From an uncultured Chloroflexia bacterium (lineage in GTDB: Bacteria; Chloroflexota; Limnocylindria; Limnocylindrales; CSP1-4): DNA of 64,000 nucleotides. Within the stretch, counting starts at the first letter, position 1. Every line of letters starts with the position of its first letter. This document shows positions 56,309-64,000 of the stretch, piece by piece. Both the position numbers and the translations under genes were made by a program. Location of the stretch: contig CAVOVX010000007.1 in assembly GCA_963699965.1 (NCBI GenBank), positions 14-64,013 on the forward strand, written 5' to 3'. The notes beneath the pieces were generated by a model. That model was given only the letters and a program-made list of their open reading frames with translations, was not told the origin of the DNA and searched no databases.

Positions 56309-57566
56309 ATGCTTGACCACGCCAGCCATCCACCCGGTCCCCTCGCGGGGATCGTCGTCGCCGACTGCTCGACGGTGCTGGCCGGCCCGTACTGCACGAT
56401 GCTCCTCGCCGACCTCGGGGCGGATGTCGTCAAGGTCGAGCCGCCTGACGGCGACGGGACCAGGGCCTGGGGGCCGCCGTGGGTCGGAGCGGGGCGGCTG
56501 GGCCCCGACGATCCAGGCGTGGCCGCCTACTACCTCGCGGTCAACCGGAACAAGCGCTCGATCCGCCTCGACCTCAAGACCGAGCCGGGACGGGCCATCC
56601 TGCGGCGTCTGCTCGCCCGGGCGGACGTCCTCGTCGAGAACTTCCGGGTCGGCGGCTTCTCCGGGCTCGGCTTCGGCGACGACGTCCTCGAGACCATCAA
56701 TCCGCGACTCGTCCACCTCGCGATCAGCGGTTACGGACCGACCGGTCCCGAGGCCGCCAAGCCCGGCTACGACTTCGTGATCCAGGCGGCCGCCGGGTTG
56801 ATGTCGATCACCGGCGGCGCCGGACGAAGCCGGCGGTGAGCCGACCAAGGTCGGCGTCGCGATCGCCGATATCGTCACCGGGCTCCACGGGGCCGTCGCG
56901 GTGCTCGCCGCGCTGTCCGGCCGGGATCGTGCTGGTGCGCCGGGCGCGGGCCGCGGGCAGCGGATCGACGTCTCGATCCTCGAATCGACCCTGGCGGTTC
57001 TCGTGAACCAGGCCCAGAACGCGTTCGCCACCGGCGTCGCGCCGACGCGGCGCGGGAACGCCCATCCGAACATCGTCCCGTACGAGACCTTCGCCACGGC
57101 CGACGGCCAGATCGCGGTCGCCGTCGGCTCGGAGCGCCAGTGGTCGCGGTTCTGCGCGGCGCTCGGGCTGGGGTCGCTGGCGACGGATCCGCGCTTCGCG
57201 TCGAATGCCGGGCGAGTCGCCAATCGTGAAGCCCTGCGATCCCTGCTCGCTGCGCGCCTGTCGGTCGAGTCGTCCTCGACCTGGCTCCGCCGGCTCGAGG
57301 CCGCCGAGGTCCCGTGCGCGCCGATCAACGACGTGCTGGCCGCGCTGACGAGCCCCCAGGCGCTGGCCCGGAACATGGTCGTCGACGTCGACCATCCGGG
57401 CCTCGGGCCGATCCGGCAGGTCGGCGTTCCGGCCAAGCTCGCAGCCACTCCGGCCACGATCCGGTCCGCGCCGCCGCTGCTCGGCGAGCAGACCGACGAA
57501 GTCCTCGCCGAGCTCGGCTACGACCGGGACGAAGTCGCCAGCCTGCGAGCGGCCGGGGTCATCTGA
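56309..57566 (+). CDS. CaiB/BaiF family CoA transferase, one frame break near 56830
   Basis: LAGIVVADCSTVLAGPYCTMLLADLGADVVKVEPPDGDGTRAWGPP, YYLAVNRNKRSIRLDLK, DVLVENFRVGG, GYDFVIQAAAGLMSITG, then VGVAIADIVTGLHGAVAVLAAL..NAHPNIVPYETF. Confidence 0.8.
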
Positions 57567-57579
57567 TCCGGGTGGCCGG

Positions 57580-58354
57580 TCAGAGCTCCTGGTGACGGAA
57601 GGAGAGCCAGGAGCCCAGCCCGGCGAGCACGATGAGACCGATGCTCCCGGCGATCGCCGTGGCCAGCTCGCCGCTGGCCAGGCCCTCGATCCGGTCCGTC
57701 GCCAGGGCAAGCGCCGGGCCGTCGAGCCCCGGTGGCAGGAATCGGCCCGACGACCGGGATCGCCGAGATCACCGACAGGCCGATGAGCGCCGTCACGCCG
57801 ATCACCGCGGCGGCCGCGGCCGAGTCGAAGACGGTCGAGGCCAGGAACGTGATCGCCGCCCAGCTGGCCAGCCCGAGCCACAAGAGAAGCGCGAGACTGG
57901 CCCAGCCGCCGATCGGCTCGGGCTCGAACAGGATCGTCGTGTAGATCCAGCCCACGACGACCGCGACCAGCGTGGCCAGCGCGAGGACGAACCCGAGGCT
58001 GAGCAGCTTGGCGCCGAGGAAGGCTCCGCGGCCGACCGGGTTGGTCAGGATGAATCCGGCCGTCCCTCGCTCCTTCTCGCTCGATACCGCGCCCATCGCC
58101 AGGACGATCGCCGCGAAGGCCCCGAGCTGGCCGAGGTTCTTCTGGAGCTGGAGCACGGCATCGGCCGGCGTCGGAGTGGGGATCGGCACGGTCAGCTGGT
58201 CGCCGAGCGCGGCCTTGACGATCTCGGGGAGGTAGCGGGCAGTGAGCGGCGACAGGATTCCGATCACCGCGAACATGACGAGGACGGCCGGCAGGCGGCG
58301 CGATCGCCACGCCTCGCGGAGCTCCTTGCGAACGAGGATCGAGAGCCCGCTCAT
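57580..58354 (-). CDS. ABC-2 type transporter permease, one frame break near 57740
   Basis: MSGLSILVRKELREAWRSRRLPAVLVMFAVIGILSPLTARYLPEI plus five or more further hydrophobic segments. The C-terminus was reconstructed as ...LIVLAGLGSWLSFRHQEL with stop at 57580. Confidence 0.65.
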
Positions 58355-59694
58355 GCGGCGGACTCAGTCGGTCGTGCGCCGGTCAGCTGGAGGAAGACGT
58401 CCTCGAGCGTGGGCCGGACCCGCTCCACGCCGGCCACGGCAAGGCCGGCCGCGACGATCGCCGGCAGCAGCTCGCTTGCCGCCCGTCGCGGGTCGTTGAC
58501 GGTCACCCGGATCAGCCCCAGCTCGACGCTCACGTCGGTCGCCCAGCTCGTCGCCCTGAGGGTGGCGACGAGTCGCTCGACGGCCTCGGTCTGGCCGCGT
58601 TCGGGCTCGACCCGGTAGATCGGCAGGGCGTAGCGGTCGAGCAGCTCGGCGAGCGGGCCCTCGGTGACGAGCCGGCCGTGGTCAAGGATCGCGATCCGGT
58701 CGCAGATCCGCTCCACGTCGGCCAGGACATGGGTCGAGAAGAGAACGGTCGCGGAGCCGCGCAGCTCGGAGATGAGGGCCAGCAGGTCGCGCCGCCCCTC
58801 CGGGTCGAGGGAGCTGACCGGCTCGTCGAGGATGAGGACCGGCGGTCGATGGACGAGCGCCTGGGCGATCCCGAGCCGCTGGCGCATCCCACCCGAGTAT
58901 GTGCCGATCCGCCGATCCGCCGCCTCGGCCAGGCCGACCCGGCGGAGCACCTCGTCGACGCGTGCGGCGAGGGCCGCCCCGGTCAGGCCGTGGAGCTCGC
59001 CGACGAGCCCGACCAGCTCGCGGCCGGTCGACCAGCCGTAGTAGCGCGGGTCCTGGTCGAGGAACCCGATCCGCCGGGTCAGCTCGGCGCCTCCGAGCGC
59101 GATTCCGGCGACACTGGCCGAGCCGGTCGTCGCCCGGGCGAGGCCGACGAGGAGGCGCAGCGTGGTGGTCTTGCCCGCACCGTTGGGACCGAGCAGTCCG
59201 AAGACGGATCCCTGCGGAACCTCGAGATCGAGCCGGTCGAGGGCCAGGACGCCGCCCGGGTAGCGCTTGGTCAGCCCGTGACTTTCGATGGCGAGCGGTC
59301 CCGGCTCACGGGTCACCGGGAGCGCCGCCCTGGCCGCCGTCGGCGGGACGGCGAGCGGCGTCGGGATAGCCGCCTCCGTGGAACCAGCATCGACGAGAGG
59401 CGCGACCAGCGCCGGCGGGGCCACTGGAGCCGTGGGCTCCGCGACCGCGGGCGCCGCCGTGGGCCAGCTCCGCGGTTCGGGCTCGGCGTCGCCCTCTTGG
59501 CGACCGATGACGAGGTAGAGGATCGGTCCGATGAGCGAGACGAGCAGGATGATCAGGCCCCACATCAGCCGGCTCTCACCGCGCACCCGTCGGCCCGGCC
59601 GAGTCAGGTCCCAGAGCGCCCAGATCGCGAGGCCGATCTCGAGGAGGACGAGCGGCGCCAGCAGGGCGATCAGGCCTGGATCGACTCCGGTCAT
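58351..59694 (-). CDS. ABC transporter ATP-binding protein with an N-terminal PLDc_N-type two-helix membrane domain
   Basis: MTGVDPGLIALLAPLVLLEIGLAIWALWDLTRPGRRVRGESRLMWGLIILLVSLIGPILYLVIGR, Ala/Pro linker, then GLLGPNGAGKTT, SGGMRQRLGIAQAL, and VLILDEP. ATGA overlaps at both ends. Confidence 0.8.
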   Translation of the reverse strand: MTGVDPGLIALLAPLVLLEIGLAIWALWDLTRPGRRVRGESRLMWGLIILLVSLIGPILYLVIGRQEGDAEPEPRSWPTAAPAVAEPTAPVAPPALVAPLVDAGSTEAAIPTPLAVPPTAARAALPVTREPGPLAIESHGLTKRYPGGVLALDRLDLEVPQGSVFGLLGPNGAGKTTTLRLLVGLARATTGSASVAGIALGGAELTRRIGFLDQDPRYYGWSTGRELVGLVGELHGLTGAALAARVDEVLRRVGLAEAADRRIGTYSGGMRQRLGIAQALVHRPPVLILDEPVSSLDPEGRRDLLALISELRGSATVLFSTHVLADVERICDRIAILDHGRLVTEGPLAELLDRYALPIYRVEPERGQTEAVERLVATLRATSWATDVSVELGLIRVTVNDPRRAASELLPAIVAAGLAVAGVERVRPTLEDVFLQLTGARPTESAA

Positions 59695-60368
59695 GTCCGT
59701 TCGCCGATCTTGAGCTTGGCCGGATCGGCCTTCCAGACCTGGTAGGAATAGACGAAGGAGACGACCAGGACGACGACGATCCCGCCGATCAGCACCGCGA
59801 CGAACGCGGTCGTCCCGCCGACCACGCCGGCGACGATCGTGGCTAGCCCGAGCAGCACGAAGAGGCGGCCGACGAGGCGGTGGGTCTTGTTCCACGAGAG
59901 ATCGCTCGACAACGTCCACGGGGTCCGGACCCCGAACATGAAATTGCTCCGGACCTTGCCCAGGACGTTGCCGATGACGATCAGCAGCAGTCCGGTTGCC
60001 ACGCTCAGGATGAGATTGATGTCGAGCGGCGAGCCAACCGCGGCCAGGACCACCATCAGCTGGAGCGCGACCATCAGGACGAGCAGCGCGACGCAGACCT
60101 GGACGTACGCTGGCCCCGACTGGGCGAGGTTCTGGGCCCGGGGCTCGAAGCGCGGCAGGTAGTAGAGCAGGGCTCCAAGGAAGACGGTCAGGACGGGGGT
60201 CAGGAGCAGGGCCAGCTCCTTCGAAGCGAAGCCGTCCGGTTGCCCGTCGATCCCCCAGTGGATCGGGACCCGGGCTGCGGGCGGGATCTGCGTCCAGGCC
60301 CAGGCCGCCAGGCCGAGCATCGCCCCGACCGCGACGACGCCCGCGACCGCAACTGGACGAAGGTTCAT
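59691..60368 (-). CDS. sdpI: SdpI family membrane protein (DUF1648 plus SdpI immunity-like domain)
   Basis: 225 aa. VPIHWGIDGQPDGFASKE, NFMFGVRTPWTLSSDLSWNKTHRLVGRLF, and multiple TM segments. Confidence 0.75.
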   Translation of the reverse strand: MNLRPVAVAGVVAVGAMLGLAAWAWTQIPPAARVPIHWGIDGQPDGFASKELALLLTPVLTVFLGALLYYLPRFEPRAQNLAQSGPAYVQVCVALLVLMVALQLMVVLAAVGSPLDINLILSVATGLLLIVIGNVLGKVRSNFMFGVRTPWTLSSDLSWNKTHRLVGRLFVLLGLATIVAGVVGGTTAFVAVLIGGIVVVLVVSFVYSYQVWKADPAKLKIGERT

Positions 60369-60658
60369 CGATCGGACCTCCCCGGATCGAGCTTGAACGC
60401 ATCCATCAGCGCCATCATCGCTTCCTCGAGGACGGACAGGTTGAGTCGGTAGGTGATCGTCGAGCCGTGGCGGTCGGCCTGGACGAGGCCGGCAGCCTTG
60501 AGGACCGCGAAGTGACCGGACATCGTCGGCGCCGCCAGCTCGAACTCCGCGGCGAGCTCCCCCGCTGTCATGTCGCCCTCTCGAAGGAGGGCCAGGACGC
60601 GTCTCCGGGTCGGATCGGACAGCGCCCGATAGACCTTGTTCATCGTTTCGTCGACCAC
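60365..60658 (-). CDS. sdpR: SdpR-type autorepressor (ArsR family)
   Basis: MNKVYRALSDPTRRRVLALLREGDMTAGELAAEFELAAPTMSGHFAVLKAAGLVQADRHGSTITYRLN. The start is GTG 60658 or ATG 60643. Confidence 0.8.
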   Translation of the reverse strand: MVDETMNKVYRALSDPTRRRVLALLREGDMTAGELAAEFELAAPTMSGHFAVLKAAGLVQADRHGSTITYRLNLSVLEEAMMALMDAFKLDPGRSDR

Positions 60659-60659
60659 C

Positions 60660-60681
60660 TAATTTGGCAAACGACAAATTA
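60660..60681. promoter_or_regulatory. Inverted repeat TAATTTG-N8-CAAATTA directly upstream of sdpR, candidate SdpR operator
   Basis: Read directly. It is an AT-rich island in a GC-rich region. Confidence 0.45.
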
Positions 60682-60860
60682 GCGCTCGGCATGGTTTACC
60701 GTCAAGCGATTCTCGCTGGGCGGCGGCAGCCCCGGTGGCCGGTCAGATCCGTGCACCGATGCACGGACTGCGGGGTTGAGGCCGACCTACCGCTGCTAGA
60801 CTCGGTCAACCGGGATCCCCGTGGCCGCCGCGCCGGCCCTCGACGGAGGCACGAACGCCG

Positions 60861-61682
60861 ATGACCGACGATCGCGAGCGCTGGGCCGTCATCCTCGGCG
60901 CGTCGTCCGGGATGGGGGAGGCGACCGCCAGGGCGCTGGCCGGGGCGGGCTATCGGATCTTCGGCGTCCACCTCGACTTCCGGGCCGGCCTCGCCCACGT
61001 CGACGAGGTCAAGGCAGCGATCGAGGCTGCCGGCTCCGAGGCGCTGTACATCAATATGAACGCGGCCGACGACGAGAAGCGCGCGAGCGCCCTGGCCACG
61101 CTCCGGGCGCGGTTCGATCGGTCGACGACCGAAGGCCGCCACTCGTACGTGCGGGTCGTGATGCACTCGCTCGCGTTCGGCTCGCTCGTGCCGTTCATCG
61201 CCGACGACCCGAAGGAAGCGGTCGATCGCAAGAAGATGGAGATGACCCAGGACGTCATGGCGAACAGCCTCGTCTACTGGGTCCAGGATCTCTACCGGGG
61301 CGGGTTCCTCGAGCAGGGCTCGAAGATCTTCTCGATGACGTCCGAGGGCTCGAGCCGCGTCGTTCCCTCGTACGGCGTCGTCTCGTCGGCCAAGGCGGCG
61401 CTCGAGTCCCACACCCGACAGCTGGCGATGGAGCTGGCCCGAACCGGCAGGGGGATCACGGCCAACACGATCCGGGCCGGCGTGACGGTGACCCCGGCGC
61501 TGCTCAAGATCCCCGAGCACGAGCTGATGATCGAGATCACGAAGAAGCGCAACCCGACCGGGCGGATGACCACCCCGCAGGACGTCGCAGCCACGATCGT
61601 GGCGCTGAGCGGCGAGGGCGTCGATTTCATCAACGGCGAGACCATCGGGGTCGACGGCGGCGAGTTCATCACCGGCTCGTGA
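60861..61682 (+). CDS. SDR family oxidoreductase (enoyl-ACP reductase-like)
   Basis: 273-aa ORF with AVILGASSGMGEATARALAGAGYRIFGV, YGVVSSAKAALES (YxxxK) and ITANTIRAGVTVTPA. Confidence 0.8.
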   Translation: MTDDRERWAVILGASSGMGEATARALAGAGYRIFGVHLDFRAGLAHVDEVKAAIEAAGSEALYINMNAADDEKRASALATLRARFDRSTTEGRHSYVRVVMHSLAFGSLVPFIADDPKEAVDRKKMEMTQDVMANSLVYWVQDLYRGGFLEQGSKIFSMTSEGSSRVVPSYGVVSSAKAALESHTRQLAMELARTGRGITANTIRAGVTVTPALLKIPEHELMIEITKKRNPTGRMTTPQDVAATIVALSGEGVDFINGETIGVDGGEFITGS

Positions 61683-61689
61683 CCGCCCG

Positions 61690-62667
61690 GTGAGCGGCGG
61701 CCGCGTCGTCGTCGTCGGCTCGGTCAACGTCGACCTGGTCATCCGCGGCGAGCGACTGCCGTCGCCCGGCGAGACGGTGACTGGCGACGCATTTGAGCAG
61801 CACCACGGAGGCAAGGGCGGCAATCAGGCGGTCGCTGCCGCCCGGCTCGGTCGTCCGGTCTTGTTCGTCGGGGCGGTCGGCAACGACGATTTCGGGGCCG
61901 ATGAGCGAACTGCGCTGGCCGCCGAGGGCGTCGACGTCTCGTTCCTCGCGACGCTCGAGGGCAGCCCGACCGGCGTGGCCCTCATCCTCGTCGACCGGCG
62001 TGGCGAGAACCTCATCTCGGTCGCGCCCGGTGCCAACGCCAGGGTCGCGCCGGAGTGGGTCGGGTCGTCGCTCGAGCGGATCGGGATCCGGGCCGGCGAC
62101 ATCCTGCTCGTCTGTCACGAGCTGCCGACGGCAACGGTCGGCGCAGCGCTTCGCGCGGGGCGGACGGGCGGCGCGCGGACCGTGCTGAACCCGGCACCTG
62201 CGGACGGCCTCGATCGAACAGTGCTGGCCTTCGCCGACGTCATCAGCCCCAACCAGGGCGAGCTGCTGACGCTTGCGGCCACCGACGCGCGGCGCTCGGG
62301 CCGGCTCTCGAGCGCGGGTTCTGCCGCGGCCGCGGACGTCGCCCGGGCAGCCGCGTCGCTCCTCGAGACGTCGGCGGTGGGCCCCGGCGTTCGGGAGGCG
62401 GTGGCCGTCACGCTCGGACCGGCCGGCGCTCTCCTGGTCACGCCCGACGCGACCGTCGACGTGCCGTCGTTCCAGGTCGAGGCGGTCGACAGCACCGGCG
62501 CCGGGGACGCATTCAACGGCGCCCTGGCCGCAGGACTGGCCGAGGGACGCGAGATCCACGAAGCCGTCCGTCGGGCGGTGGTCGCCGGTGCCCTCGCCAC
62601 GACGAAGGCCGGAGCGCGCGAGGGCCTTCCGACGACGCTCGAGCTCGAGGCCGCGCTAGCCCGCTGA
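61690..62667 (+). CDS. rbsK: Ribokinase (PfkB family)
   Basis: VVVVGSVNVDLVIR..LPSPGETV, HGGKGGNQAVAAARLG, VLNPAP, DSTGAGDAFNGALAAGLA. Confidence 0.85.
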   Translation: MSGGRVVVVGSVNVDLVIRGERLPSPGETVTGDAFEQHHGGKGGNQAVAAARLGRPVLFVGAVGNDDFGADERTALAAEGVDVSFLATLEGSPTGVALILVDRRGENLISVAPGANARVAPEWVGSSLERIGIRAGDILLVCHELPTATVGAALRAGRTGGARTVLNPAPADGLDRTVLAFADVISPNQGELLTLAATDARRSGRLSSAGSAAAADVARAAASLLETSAVGPGVREAVAVTLGPAGALLVTPDATVDVPSFQVEAVDSTGAGDAFNGALAAGLAEGREIHEAVRRAVVAGALATTKAGAREGLPTTLELEAALAR

Positions 62668-62699
62668 CGACCGAACCGGCTTGCCGGTCGGCGGGCGGG

Positions 62700-63698
62700 T
62701 CAAGCCTCGGCGGCCAACCAGGTCGTCCTCGCCCGGGCGGCCGCGGTCATCTCCACCCGGCCGTCGTCGAGGACCCACCAGGCCGCGAGGCCGCGCGCCC
62801 GGGCCGTAGTGGCGATCCCCGCTGCCCCGCACAGGAACAGGCTCTTCGACCAGACCTCGGCCCAGGCCGGATCCGGGCCGGCGACCGTGACCGCCAGCAG
62901 GCCGGCCCCACCGGGCTCGCCGGTTCGCGGATCGACGAGATGGTGGACCGCTCGACCGTCCGGGCCGGTCCAGCGATGGACGAGGATCGACGAGGTGGCC
63001 AGCGCGCCGCTCGGGACCGCGACCGTCGCGACCGGTTCGCCGCCTCCCTCCGGATCCTCGATCGCGATGATCCACGGCCCGCCCTGCGGCGCCGGACCGC
63101 CGGCCACCAGGTCGCCACCAGCCTCGAGCAGAGCCCCGCCCTCCGCATCGACGATGCGGGCCCGCTCGAGGCGCCGCCAGGCCCAGCGCAGCGCGAGGCC
63201 CTTGCCGATCCCACCGAGATCGACCGGCTGGGCGAGCGCAACTGCCGTCGACCGCGGATCGACGGCCAGCCAGCGTCGCTCCCAGCCGGGTCGGGCGCCA
63301 GCTCCCCGGAGCAGATCGGCAGGCAGGGCATCAGGTCCAGCGTCGGGCCCGGGCTCGAGCCCGACGCCTTCGTAGCCGAGCCGCTCGAGATCCGCCACGA
63401 CCCGGGCGTCGAACAGCCCGTCCGTGATCCGGCCGGCCCGGTCGGCCGCGACCAGCGCGCGCGTCAGCCGTCGATCGACGCAGATCCGGCGCCCACTGCC
63501 GGCGGCACGGTTGATCCTCGTCAGATCGCTCGACTCCCGGAACCGCGACATCGCCTGCTCGGCGAGCTCGAACTCATCCGAAACCGCGCGCCACGCGTCG
63601 GCGGCGGCCCCCTCGGCGGCGCCGACGATCGTCAGCCGGAGCGGCGAGCCCATCGCCCGGCGCTCGAAGCGTTCGCCGGCGTCGAACGAGCCGGTCAT
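62700..63698 (-). CDS. apbE: FAD:protein FMN transferase (ApbE family)
   Basis: MTGSFDAGERFERRAMGSPLRLTI, MSRFRESSDLTRINRAAG, DLGGIGKGLAL, ALATSSI, HHLVDPRTGEP. The ORF track extends to 63971 through an Arg-rich, non-coding-looking extension. Confidence 0.8.
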   Translation of the reverse strand: MTGSFDAGERFERRAMGSPLRLTIVGAAEGAAADAWRAVSDEFELAEQAMSRFRESSDLTRINRAAGSGRRICVDRRLTRALVAADRAGRITDGLFDARVVADLERLGYEGVGLEPGPDAGPDALPADLLRGAGARPGWERRWLAVDPRSTAVALAQPVDLGGIGKGLALRWAWRRLERARIVDAEGGALLEAGGDLVAGGPAPQGGPWIIAIEDPEGGGEPVATVAVPSGALATSSILVHRWTGPDGRAVHHLVDPRTGEPGGAGLLAVTVAGPDPAWAEVWSKSLFLCGAAGIATTARARGLAAWWVLDDGRVEMTAAARARTTWLAAEA

Positions 63699-63762
63699 GG
63701 CCGCGGGTCTCCGCGCCGGCCATCGATCGGGCCGTCCGCGGGCCGGAGTCGTGGCCGGTCGG

Positions 63763-64000
63763 TCAGTGGCCGGATGCTCCGGTCGAGCCGTTGGAGGCCG
63801 GCTTGGACGCACGTGGGGCGCTGCGCGACACGCTCGGCATGCGAACCGACGGTGCGACCCACGAGGCACTCCCCTCGACCTTCGAGACCTGGCCGGCAAG
63901 CTTCCCGAGCCGGTCCTCCAACCGGGCGAGCCGGTCGGTGATGTCCGAGTATGCGGCCGCCGTCGTGCCATACGTCGCTCCGGCGGAGGTGAGCCGTGCC
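63763..64000 (-). CDS. Partial ORF (C-terminal 79 aa) of a hypothetical protein with a short coiled-coil-like segment; 5' end off the window
   Basis: ...YSDITDRLARLEDRLGKLAGQVSKVEGSASWVAPSVRMPSVSRSAPRASKPASNGSTGASGH, stop at 63763. No family recognised. Confidence 0.3.
   Translation of the reverse strand, partial: ARLTSAGATYGTTAAAYSDITDRLARLEDRLGKLAGQVSKVEGSASWVAPSVRMPSVSRSAPRASKPASNGSTGASGH

Noticed and set aside
58351-60402. 683-aa long form of the ABC ATPase
   Set aside because: The first 236 or so residues are an out-of-frame read across the SdpI gene. A good internal ATG at 59694 sits in an ATGA overlap with the sdpI stop and begins the PLDc_N-like domain.
62055-63941. 628-aa ORF on the plus strand
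   Set aside because: It lies out of frame over the ribokinase 3' half and antisense to ApbE. It is Arg/Pro/Gly-rich with no recognisable domain.

Overview
64-kb bacterial chromosomal window at roughly 70% GC. Gene content looks Actinomycetota-like: several F420-type enzymes, an Mca/MshB-type PIG-L amidase, an ECF sigma factor, GGAGG ribosome-binding sites and many GTGA/ATGA-coupled genes. I saw no rRNA, CRISPR array, transposase or integrase. There are two tRNAs, Arg-CCG on the minus strand and Asp-GUC on the plus strand.

The centre of the window, about 9-42 kb, is a large cyclitol/inositol-related locus. It holds iolD-iolC-iolB plus a class I aldolase, a second degenerate iolB, three Gfo/Idh/MocA dehydrogenases and four xylose-isomerase-like TIM-barrel genes (one IolE-like). 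It also holds a split or fused transketolase, a transaldolase, two aminotransferases (DegT-type and class III), a cytochrome P450, a polyamine-type ABC importer, F420-type LLM and Zn-ADH oxidoreductases and a LacI repressor. Two paralogous proteins of about 860 aa complete it; their N-terminal halves match nothing I recognise and their C-terminal parts carry a metal-hydrolase signature.

A 14-bp LacI-type palindrome (TGCAAWCGGTTGCA) recurs in front of these operons and in front of lacI itself, which defines a compact regulon. I read the locus as a catabolic system for substituted (amino- or O-methyl-) cyclitols. That reading is inference.

The flanks carry small regulator/detox pairs with clear palindromic operators (ArsR+SRPBCC, MarR+AKR, ArsR+VOC) and an ECF sigma module. 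The ECF partner, a lipoprotein and a nearby adenylate cyclase share an uncharacterised extracytoplasmic domain. The flanks also carry a 350-bp low-GC structured intergenic region (candidate ncRNA) and an sdpR-sdpI-ABC module.

Caveat: many genes can only be read by switching frame, which implies 1-2 nt indels. These breaks cluster in blocks, so coordinates of the affected genes are approximate. Whether they are assembly errors or real pseudogenes cannot be decided from the sequence.
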